The position numbers and the translations under genes are program-made. This document shows positions 46,665 to 58,300 of a stretch of DNA of 64,000 bases, one piece after another. Positions within the stretch are counted from its first letter, which is position 1; each line of letters starts with the position of its first letter. Under the pieces are notes generated by a model. It worked only from the letters and a program-made list of their open reading frames with translations. It did not search any database and was not told where the DNA came from. The stretch spans positions 6,944,001 to 7,008,000 of the forward strand of contig NC_047078.1 in NCBI RefSeq assembly GCF_902459465.1. The letters are read 5' to 3'. This DNA comes from Asterias rubens (taxonomy: Eukaryota).

Positions 46665-47638
46665 AGTCACCTGGAAGAATATTTTTTTTTTCGTCAAACA
46701 TTAGAGTATAAGTTTATGAACAATAAAATAAGTAAGTGAGTAAATGTTTGTAACAATTAATTTGTTAAAAAAATAGATAAATTTGTTAAGGGGGTGACTC
46801 CGCCTACCCCTTTTGTCACGTCAATCGAGGCAGACTTTGCCTCGATCGAACATCGAACACACGTACGTGCAAGTACATGCAAGTCCTAGTCGTGAGTTTG
46901 TACGTTTCGAAAAAAGTTGTTTTCGTGCATTATTCCGGCAATGTCGACAAGGTGTATTGATGCTGGATGCAGCAAAACAACTAAAGATGGGGTCAGTTTG
47001 CAAAGTGGTCCGGTCCGACGTCTTTTCTAGCGCTGTGCAGCAAACACGTCGAGCCGTCGTGCTTCCAGAAACCGGAATACACCACACATTTTGACATTAC
47101 GAACAAAGTTCGTTTCTAAAACATGACGCCATCCCAACAATTTTCCAGCTAGTGGGAAGTCGAAGAAAGTACCTAAAAGACGTGACGAACTTTAAGGAGT
47201 ATTTGCCTCACGTGAAAAAAATTCGGGTATTGTTTCAAATATGAGGTCATGTTTTTATTTTGCACCAAAGCGTCACTATCTTGTGTTGGCACTGCATGCG
47301 ATTCACCGTGCCGGGTAATCCGAGTGGACCGTCCGCACAGCAGCCATACAGAGCGTTCAGTCTGCTCCGTGACCGTAGTTCTGTACGTAGGCATCATACC
47401 GATCAGTTATCCAGACGTAGTTTACGGGGCCAGACTACACATTTTCTATTCAAATATGCTGCCTCGATTGACGTCACGAACAGCGCCCTCTCTGGTCAGG
47501 CCTACTTTTAAATTTGTAAGTAAAATGGAAACTAATTTTTTAAAACCTTAGTTTTTTGTTTAATAATATTCCACTCACTAAAACACATATTTTAGTGAGA
47601 AAAGCTTTATTTCGACAAAATACCACATCCAGGTGACT
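46665..47638 (+). mobile_element. Non-autonomous Kolobok-like DNA transposon with degraded THAP domain
   Basis: TIRs agtcacctgga...tccaggtgact, TTAA on both sides. Frameshifted THAP motifs at 46941-47135: MSTRCIDAGCSKTTKDGVSL, WSGPT...LCSKHVEPSCF, LKHDAIPTIF. TTAA TSD, RR..YY ends and THAP fit Kolobok. Confidence 0.78.
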
Positions 47639-47984
47639 TTAAGAATGCGCTTAAAGTGATATTGTTTGTCGCAGTACGTTATGGTACTCGATATTAAAAG
47701 TTATACACCTCATGTACCGAATCCTCTAATCTGATTGGTTAAAATGGAGTCATGTAAATAGCTATGCCCCCCCCCCCCCATCTTTTCTATCAAGATGACG
47801 TCGTAGTGACTATGCCCGCTCTGAAAATAACGCAAATATGATTATGTAGAATGTACAGATGTATGTGTACGACCAGCGTTCCGTGTCACGGCGCGACCTT
47901 TCTTCACAGACGACCTTCCACCGTATAGTCAGAGTGTTGTTGATGAAAAGAATCTGTATTCGGTATATTAAACAAATATTGACT

Positions 47985-48039
47985 GTCAAAACCATGACTA
48001 TGCCCTCGGCTTCGCTTCGGGCATAGTCATAGTTTTGAC
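47985..48039. repeat. 21-bp-arm hairpin inside a probable non-autonomous element (~47.7-48.1 kb)
   Basis: gtcaaaaccatgactatgccc / gggcatagtcatagttttgac (20/21 match) around tcggcttcgcttc; element class not established. Confidence 0.7.
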
Positions 48040-48431
48040 ATCACCTTGGGCCTATAGTTTTAACTATGCCCCTTATAGCAGTCAATATGTCCATACTATA
48101 GACTGCAAGTCTTGTTGCGCGTATTCAAACTGCCATGTATATGTCATTTGGTTTCCACCACGGTGTTTTGATTTACAAAAGTGAAAACAAAAAGTTAAGC
48201 TTAAACATCATCCTTGTCCACGAGTTGTAGTTTTGTTTCAATCTTATTTGAACAAATTATGTTAAATGTTGTTTTAAAAGCTCAAACTCATTTCATAAAA
48301 ACTGTGGTGAGTGTTGTTGTTGTTGTTCATTTATCAAGCGCAAGATCTGCACAGCACTAATGGCAAAATTAGAATCATGTGTAACGCTATTGCCATGTTA
48401 AGCTATTTTTATCAAGTTATAACAAGCTTTT

Positions 48432-48600
48432 AAAGGCACTTAACACCATTGGTAACTACTCAAAATAATTAGTAACGAGCAGTGGAGAGCTGTTAATAGT
48501 AAAAAAAAACATTGCGAAAAACGGTTTCCCCTTATGTAACGTAGTTTTTGAGAAAGAGGTAATTTTTCACTAAAACTTTAAAATACTTTACATCAGGCCT
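48432..48600. mobile_element. Same MITE family, left fragment
   Basis: ttaaaggcacttaacaccattggtaactactcaaaataatt plus partial core. Confidence 0.72.
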
Positions 48601-50039
48601 GAAGCTGTTTATAACCCATCTGAAACTTGTCAAGGGTGGGGGACACAAATATTCTTGTCCCTCCATCATGTTGTTGACCTCCGTTGTCTTGAAGCTCAAG
48701 TAATGCACGGTGTAAGACCAAATCATGTGTCCTGTAATTGGCCCCAGTCCAAGGGGGATGAGGAGAACAATGGTTCACCGTTTACGTAATCAGAGAATCG
48801 TAGCCAATTATTTGTTGATGATTTAAAAACACATTTTTTGTTAATGAAAACAAAAACGCAAAAGGTCAGCGTATACACTTAACCAACTGTTTCAAGTGTG
48901 AAATTAACGGAATACTGCTGCGCATGGCTTTAAGATAGACTGGTGTTTTGATTATTTAAGTGTTCTCTACTGCAAGGTATGATGATCCAGTCTATATATC
49001 AATCAAGCTCAAATGCAATGCACGGGTATTCCAAACGTGACAGTTATAAAAAATATACCCACCCCCTCATTTTTTTCGGTTTAATCAAATTTAGTTTCTT
49101 CCTGCGCCCTCAACGTGAGGTTTTCGGGTGCTCCCAATTTTCGTGTGAAGACAGCTGTAAACATGTACTTCGATTGTCTTCATTCTTACAGGTAAATTTC
49201 CCCTTTTTGTATCATACATTTACATTTCTAAAGTTGTTTCCGTTGTTTGAGTTTATGTTTTAGCTTGTTGTTCGTTAGACGCGAGTTTGGGAAATTATTG
49301 TCTTTAGAATTTGCCATTTATATGCTCTTAGTTTGGTTAACGTTTTGTAAACATTGCCGATGTAAATAGTATTCCAAGATGGCGCGGCCCACAAAGACAT
49401 GGCGGTAATTGCAAATGTATTTGCTGATTTAAGTCGTTTTCAATGAAGTGTTCTGATTATTCATTAGTCATTTATTTTAAGTAACTTTGATAGGACTATG
49501 ATTTACTGTAAAGTGTTTAATTTATGCCATAATTCTTATGAAGACAGCTCTATAACATGTACTTCGGTTGTCTTCATTCTTACAGATAGTAAAACAATAG
49601 CAGAAGCCGAATCCATCCCCAGAGAGATAACGACCCTTATTTTATTGAGTGTCACAAATTGTGGAGAATCCGATTTTTAAGGAAAACCTACGGCCAAATC
49701 TCCAACATCTGATCACAACATGGCGTTTTTCCCAACCCTACGGGTCCCGAAAATCTACAGCTACATGAGTATACGAATCTACAAATCCATCAGTAGTCCG
49801 GTCTGAAAATCATCCAGCCTTGGTCAGCTTCCAGTCGTCCATTTTGTTCTTTCTTCTCGGAACCGTGGTATGTAATCAACCCTTTGTTTCCTGTATTGGT
49901 ATGCTTTAGTACCATTGTCATCCACATTCTGCAATTGTTGAAAGTATCTAGGCCTACAACTGAATCAAAACAGCTGAACGTGTTATGTATCAACAGACAA
50001 TCACAATTGATACTATACCAGTCCACCTTGGCAAACAAA

Positions 50040-50235
50040 TACTGCTCTATAGTTGGTATGACACTGCTCTAGAATTGCAAAGGTCGTGGGTTCAAATTCA
50101 ACCCGAGTAATATGCCTGTGATATTTTGTTCACAGGACTCGGGGGGAAGTACTGAGTATGTGCTAACACACACATTGGTGTATGGGTAAAATCCAAAATT
50201 AATATTTGTTTTCCCCTAGCAAATTTAACATCTAT
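50040..50235 (+). mobile_element. tRNA-derived SINE
   Basis: A-box-like gctctatagttgg and B-box-like ggttcaaattc followed by a non-tRNA body; does not fold into a complete cloverleaf. Confidence 0.65.
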
Positions 50236-50469
50236 ATATAAAGATTGCAGTAGCTAACCTCAGCAGCAACCAGCATACATTTGACTAAATTAAATACAAT
50301 GTTTGTAGAGCCATCTTTGAATGTCATCGGCACGTATTCATGTGTAACTCTCCATGGATTAGCAAATCCATAATAATGATGATTTTTTTCCAGAAATGTA
50401 GTATTCATTCGGGTAAACTCCTGCCGCAGGCATTTTGGGAAACATTCACTGACGTAATACGGAAAATAT

Positions 50470-50680
50470 TAAAGGCACTGGACACTATTGGCAATTACTC
50501 AAAATAATTGTTACCATAAAAACTTACTTGGTAACAAGCAATGGAGAGCTGTTGACAGAGTAAAACGTTGTGAGAAACAGCTCCCTCTAAAGTAACGTAG
50601 TTCTCGAGAAAGGAGTAATTTTCGTCTAAAATATTTGAATTTGATTTCGAGACCTCTTAATTAGAGTTTGAGGTCCCGAA
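50470..50680. mobile_element. High-copy TTAA-flanked MITE family, left part
   Basis: Starts ttaaaggcactggacactattggcaatt, the reverse complement of the family right end aattaccaatagtgtccagtgtctttaa. Confidence 0.85.
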
Positions 50681-50939
50681 CAATAACAAAATCTCAACGA
50701 TATCAAATGGTTGATTGATTGAATTTATTCGGATAAAGTAAAGAGCAAGAACAGGCCAAAAATACATACATTTGTACACAACAACAGGGGAAAACAAAAT
50801 GACATATTATAAGTTAAACCCAAATAGAACCAGGAAAGAAATACTGGAAAAAATTATCCAAGGATAACCCCAACAACAACTTACACTTATTGCCACAGGG
50901 GACCTTTAAGAACAACATGGAGCGTTTTAATTAACTCAC

Positions 50940-51147
50940 CTAAAACGTTTTTGAGCATACTGTGCAACGTTGCAATCCATCCAATCAGCCACAGATGACT
51001 ACTGAAGTCAGCCTCTATAGCAATGAGGAGAACTCCAAATGCTTTCACGTTACCCATTAAAATACCATTTGTGATAAATGAAGCTCCTATTATCACCCAT
51101 CCTATGGGGTGATTGTCATAATTAGTCGATCTTCTTGGAGAGGACAT
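50940..51147 (-). CDS. First coding exon of a monocarboxylate-transporter-like (SLC16, MFS) protein
   Basis: GWVIIGASF...G..KAFGVLL..I...F......IGWI matches SLC16 TM1-TM2; ATG preceded by an in-frame stop; G|gtgagt donor at 50939. No downstream exon recognised. Confidence 0.78.
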
Positions 51148-52339
51148 CTTGATCAGATCTTTTCATCCATGTATCCACCTTGCTCCCATCGTGAAAACAA
51201 AACTTCAATCTTGGAAAAAAAAAAAACTGATATTGGAATCAAATAAAGAATCTACTTGTGAACAGTTCTTTTAAAATGTATTTCAGGCTACAATCGCAAA
51301 TATTTGTCTAGGGGGTCTTTGTATACCTTTTCCTGACACAAAGCAACTTCATCCACTGTGAAGTTGCTCTCTGTGCCAATTTTATTTTGGTTTTCGAAGG
51401 TTTTTAGTCCATTCTATGGTTTTTATTATAAATTGTTGTCCCTTCCTCTTATCACTGCGGTGTTTTGTTGTGGGTGCAGTTTTTTGTTTTTAATAGTCTG
51501 GTTTTGCTTGTGTTTAAATTTTTTCTTTTGTGTGATTTTAAAATGTTTCAGTGCAATCACCTTTTTATATTGTATAATTATATTTTTATCGTTGGCAGGG
51601 GTCTGGTTTTACACATCTTTTGATGACAGTTTTTATACTTTTGTTTTAACCTTGACAGCCCCTGTACAACTTGTAACTATTGTGTATGTCTATAAATATA
51701 GATGTGCCCTTTGCACCAACAAAATTGGAACAGCCTTGTCTCTGTCAATAATTTATATTTGTTATTTCCCTGATTATTGCAGTCTCTCGTACCTAAAATC
51801 TATCAAAAAATAAACACTTTGTCAAGCTTCCATACTATTTATTTCCCTGTCATAAACACCCAGTTTCGAACGTAATTTTTTAGGGAATTTAATTGATGTT
51901 CGCGAAACAATTACGGAATTTGCATGACGCCCGAGAAAATTGATGGAGTAAGTTGCAAAATGATGCTCGGAACTTTATTACCTTTGCGCAATCCACATCA
52001 GAGCAGAAATTGATTTAGTTTCCAAAAACTAGCTCGTAAACTTTCGACAAGAAATGGCTACAAGTGTAAACCAAAGAGCAACTGAAAGTCAACTGGATCA
52101 ACAGACATCAAGAGACTTGTCAGAATTACATGTTCTTTCGAGTAATATTAAATCTGTAGATGAAGCTCAAACGAAAACAGACACCAAAGTATCAGAGAAA
52201 CAATATCATTACAAAATGAAAGAGGCTCATTTTAAACTAGAGTTAACACTCAGAAGTGTGTTTATTTTGTCATTGTTCTTGCTATCACTTATACACAGGT
52301 GTACTCAATTAATTTGTGCATACTTTTTTTAATACACAG

Positions 52340-55300
52340 AAGTAGAACCACTGAGTGCAAGAGAAGTGCAGGAAAACTATCAGGTTTGCTAATAAACAGT
52401 TTGCTATTGCGTACAAAAGATGCCTTATCCACAATTAAATACAATAATGTGATAATGGAATCCGATCCAGAGGATATTGAACTTAAGGACGATATATTCA
52501 AAACGAAATGTTGCACAACGAAATCCATTACAACTGTCACTGGTTGGTTTTTACTTATCACTTTTAAGTTTAAGTTTCTGCCTTACAAACATTATCAAGC
52601 AATCTCTGACTTATCATGTCCCCACCTCTGTGCATAAACCTCTTTGATGCGGTATACCTACTAGGGGTTAAGATTGTTTCCCTTCAGTTTCATGGCAATG
52701 ATCTTTGAAAGTAAAACTGTCTGATCAAATTCACAAATTTAAAATGTCAAATTTATATGTTACTCAAATATTCAACTTGTAACAAATTATCTGGTGTATT
52801 GGCATACAAATTTAACTAAATCCTGGCAAATTAATACATGATGAGCGAAATAACTTACATATAAGACTCCTACCGGGAACAAACAAGTGTTTTCGCTGGG
52901 AATCAACTATGATCTACGAAATGTGTTGAGGATTACCAACTTGTGTCATGTAGTTTTGAGCTACATTGTTGGATAGGCCGTTTAGCTTGATAACATGATG
53001 GTTTACTTGTCTTTCACTAAACAATCCACCACTTCGAAAGCAGCTCCCTTTGGTTGAAACTTATAAAATAAATTGTTACTGGTTAACCTTTTACCAGTGT
53101 GTATAATAGTTTCACAAACCAAGACTGATTACAGATGACTGCCCTGTTTACTCGGGTAGTTTCCCCAACTATGTATTCCGTTTGCATTTGTGCCTTCATA
53201 CCATCTCTTTATTACGCTTATCCTAAACTTTTCACTCATTTAAAAACTGTTCTGATTTTTCTTAAGCATTTGATGCACATCTCAATTGAAATCGATGAGC
53301 TCTCAACTATGGTAACAACCGAGATGCTACCTGGTCAGTTACATTCATTGATGGAGAAATTGATCAAGGAACAGAAACAGCTTGTAAACTTCCAACAAGA
53401 AATGGCTACAAGTGTACACCAAAGAGCATCTGACAGTCAACTGGATCAACATCCATATCCATCAAGAGACTTGTCAGAATTAGATGTTCTTTTGAGTAAG
53501 ATCAACTTGGTGTCATTAAAGCTGAATCTACATAGGATGAAATCTGTTGATGAAGCTCAAATGAAAACGGACACCAAAGTTTCAGAGGTACAAGATCATT
53601 ACAAAATGTAAGAGGCTCGTTCTAAACTGGAGTGGACACTGAGTCATCTTGTTCCCGACCTGATAAAGTCCTGATTATACACCACCACATGTCGGAAAGT
53701 ATGAAACAAAACAGTACATAGAAAGTGTATACTACTGCCAACAAATGCTAGTTGATGATTTGCAAGGCTTGGCTCAACAAACCCTACTGGATAAGGAGCC
53801 TGCCTATCTAGAGCAGTACATGAAGAATCTGAATGTGCTCATTCACATACAGCAGCAATTGGTTCAGAACCTCACAGATCTCCAAAAGCAGAAAAAAGGC
53901 AGCAAGCTGGAGAAGGAGCCCTCTAAGCAAGATGATCTACCTGCAGGGGAGATTGGCAAACAACAACTCAATGAACTGGAACTGATCAATGAACAGACTG
54001 ATTTGGTGAAAGATTTTCAACGCTGGATGGAATGTCATAGAGGATGGCAAGAGCAGCAACCTGGTCATTTCATATTAATTGTGATTTGTTCTGTACTTAC
54101 TGTGCATCATATTCATGGTAGGATGTCCCGTAATTTTATTGGGACGTATTACCTGGAAGCCACCTTGCGTTATCATCACAGGGCGATGCACGACGAACTG
54201 AACGAATTGGCTTTCTATAAAGAGAGGATCATTCACAGTCAAGAAAGATTCTTGGATAAAGCTGAAATGTGGATAAAAAGACAAGGTAAGAAGAACAAAC
54301 TTATTACTTATGGTTTGTTATCTTAGTGAAGGATCACATCATAAACATGCAATTCAATTAAATAAATACTAAATTTTACAAAAGGGATAAAGAATAGTTT
54401 ATAGTTAAACAGTGTATCAAATTATACAATCCTGCAGTCATTCGAAAAAACCTGGACGTTGACCTTTTTTAGAGCAAATGTTCTGCCACTAAAGACCAAC
54501 AAAATTGTTCCTAAAACACCTGCTCTTTGGTTACAAGGGCACTGGGTTCAAATCCCACTTGAGTAATTTGCCCATGGATTTTCCTTTTTTTTCAGGAACA
54601 TGGGAAAGTGTTATGAGTATACAGTGCTTTTAAGCACTATACATTGAAATAATGTTAAAACAGATTTCAGGTATATTAACAAAGTTCAAATCAAATCAAA
54701 TGACTTTGGGAAATGGATGAGGATGAAGTGCTCATCGATGTGTGGGTACAACAGAAAAGAATGGGTTGATGAAGTGGGTTTTTTTCTTTCTTTTTTTCAA
54801 ATCTGGTCTTTCAAATTTTGTAAATGTACCTGATTTAGAGAAACAGACTATTCACGAATGAATTGGTTTACATTTTGTTTACATGCAGAGAAAGAAATGC
54901 AAGATGACTCAAATGTAGTAAGATACTCACTGCAGGGTGACCCAACTGATTTGAAACAGTCGAAGCAAGATGACCAAACTGATGTAAGATATAATTATCT
55001 GAGTCAAAAGCTGATGCCACTTTAAACTTTGGTAGTTTTTAAGTTTCAGTCTACCTGTTAAATATCAAATAATAACAAATTCTTATGTAGCGCATTTCAC
55101 AATAAACCGTATCAATGCGCTTTACATTAGTCGCCTGGTCATTGGGCCAATAAACATCCCTTTAATCTTTCTCAGCTCCCATTATAGGAAGTATACAGCC
55201 CTGAGCTTTCATTCACATTATCAACCTCTACCCTCGCAGGTACACATGTATACCCCTGGGTGAAGAGAAGCAATAGTAAAGTATCTTGCTCAAGGACACA

Positions 55301-58300
55301 AGTGTCACGATAACAATCAAAGTTGAAAGAAAAAAGATTACTGATTAACAAATGACCATCCATACTGTATGAACGATGTACCTTGTTTCTTAAAATGAAA
55401 AGCACTCAATTTAATGCATTTTCGAAGTCTCAAGTTTCCAGAGCATTGTTTCCCCCTGTAGTATATATATGTTAGATTTGTTTACTTTATTTTTGTTTTC
55501 ATGGAGTCACACCATTGATTGATAGAAACATTCACATTCTTTTTCTCCTGGTTCAGGAATCTGACCTGGAAGGGCTCAAGATCAGTATGGAAAAAACTTT
55601 GTTGTCAGATAAAGATGAAGGTAAACCAACATACATCTTATATGAAAGTAATGATTTCATTTGCCCCACTTTCTTCATCTTCCCTCACTCTACCTTGGCA
55701 CACCATGCCTCAATCTCTTCATCCTCCCTCACTCCACCTTGGCTCACCCTTCCTCACTCTCTTCATCTTCCCTCACTCAACTTTGGAAAAACATGCTTCA
55801 CTCTCTTCATCTTTCCTCACTCAACCTTGGCTCACCCTCCCCCACTTTCTTCATATTCCCTCACTCAACCTTGGAACACCATGCTTCACTCTATTCATCT
55901 TTCCTCACTCCTTCTCAGCTCACTATGCCCCCTTCTTCATTTTCCCTCACTCCACCTTGGCACATCATACATCCCCCTCTTCATCTTCCCTCACTCCACC
56001 TTGGCACACCATGCTTCACTCTCTTCATCTTCCCTCACTCAACCGTGCAACACCATGCTTCACTCTCTTCATCTTGCCTCACTCCACCTTGGCTCACCAT
56101 GCTTCACTCTCTTCATCTTCCCTCACTCCACCTTGGCACACCATGCTTCACTCTCCTCATCTTCCCTCACTCCACCTTGGCACACCATGCCTCACTCTCT
56201 TCATCTTGCCTTAATCCACCTTGGCACACCATGCTTCACTCTCTTCATCTTCCCTCACTCCACCTTGGCACACCATGCTTCACTCTCCTCATCTTCCCTC
56301 ACTCAACCTTGGCACACCATGCCTCACTCTCTTCATCTTGCCTTAATCCACCTTGGCACACCATGCTTACTCTCTTCATCTTTCCTCACTCCACCTTGGC
56401 TCACCCTCCCTCATATTCTTTCCTCACTCCACCTTGGCTCACCCTCCCTCACTCTCTTCATCTTCCCTCACTCCAACTTGGCACACCATGCCTCACTCTC
56501 TTCATCTTCCCTCACTCCACCTTGGCCTACAATGCCTCCCCCCTCTTCATCTTCCCTCACTCCACCTTGACACACCATGCCTCACTCATTCATCTTCCCT
56601 CACTCCTTCTCAGCTCACTATGCCCCCCTTCTTCATTTTCCCTCACTCCACCTTGGCTTATCGTACATCCCCCTCTTCATCTTCCCTCACTCCACCTTGG
56701 CACACCATGCTTCACTCTCTTCATCTTCCCTCACTCCTTCTCAGCTCACGATGCCCTCCTTCTTCATTTTCCCTCACTCTACCTTGGCACATCATACATC
56801 CCCCTCTTCATCTTCCCTTACTCCACCTTGGCTCACCATGCCTCACTCTTTCATCTTCCCTCACTCCACCTTGGCACACCATGCTTCACTCTCTTCATCC
56901 TCCCTCACTCCACCTTGGCTCACCCTCCCCACTTTCTTCATATTCCCTCACTCAACCTTGGAATACCATGCTTCACTCTATTCATCTTCCCTCACTCCTT
57001 CTCAGCTCACTATGCCCCCTTCTTCATCTTTCCTCACTCCACCTTGGCATACCATGCTTCACTCTCTTCCTCTTCCCTCACTCCTTCTCAGCTCACGATG
57101 CCCCCCTTCTTCACTTTCCCTCACTCCACCTTGGCACATCATACATCCCCCTCTTCATCTTCCCTCACTCCACCTTGGCTCACCATGCTTCACTCTCTTC
57201 ATCTTCCCTCACTCCACCTTGGCACACCATGCCTCACTCTCTTCATCTTCCCTCACTCCACCTTGGCTTACAATGCCTCCCCCTCTTCATCTTCCCTCAC
57301 TCCACCTTGACACACCATGCCTCACTCTTTCATCTTCCCTCACTCCACCTTGGCACACCATACTTCACTTTCTTCATCCTCCCTCACACCACCTTGGCTC
57401 ACCCTTCCTCACTCTCTTCATCTTCCCTCACTCAACCTTGGAAAAACATGCTTCACTCTATTCATCTTGCCTTACTCCACCTTGGCACACCATGCTTCAC
57501 TCTCTTCATCTTTCCTCACTCCACCTTGGCTCACCATGCTTCACTCTCTTCATCGACCCTTACTCCACCTTGGCACACCATGCTTCACTCTCTTCATCTT
57601 CCCTCACTCCACCTTGGCACACCATGCCTCACTCTCTTCATCTTCCCTCACTCCACCTTGGCACACCATGCTTCACTCTCTTCATCTTCCCTCACTCCAC
57701 CTTGGCTCACCATGCTTCACTCGCTTCATCTTCCCTCACTCCACCTTGGCACACCATGCTTCACTCTCTTCATCTTTCTTTACTCAACTTTAAGTTAAAA
57801 TTTGTGTTTGAAGAACTGTACGGTTGATATTGTTTTTGAAAGCTGTTCTTTCGAAGTTTCCAAATGTGCTTGGTTTAGGATATTAACAGAAACTATGAAA
57901 GGCCTGATTTATGTTTTTTTTTTTTTTTTTTTTTTTATAAAGCTCGAAAGAAACGGCAAGAATACCAAACTGAGGTGAGACACTTTTTCTGATTCAATAA
58001 TTACTTTAGTCAAAAGCGGATGCCACTTTATATTGGTACAGGGAATTTTGGTTCAGAGACTAATGCGTAGCGTAATGGAGGTAAAAGTGGCCTTAAATTT
58101 ACTTGAACTCAATGAAATTTAATGACACATAGGTTCTTATATTTCTCGGCCAATGTTGACCTTTTATTTGTAACCATTAGTGATATATGTTACCTGCAGT
58201 TGATCTGAAGAAGTTTGTGCAGACATCGAGGATTACTTGTACAAAAATATACATTATAATCAGCAAATAACTTGCACTTCATAATGTAGTTGAATAGAGT

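Noticed and set aside
51358-51813. 151-aa hydrophobic ORF as a membrane protein
   Set aside because: T-rich low-complexity sequence that runs into the duplicated intron; no family resemblance.
53600-53730. New intron (AT|gtaaga) rescuing the stop in exon A copy 3
   Set aside because: The nearby AGs are in the wrong phase and lack a pyrimidine tract.
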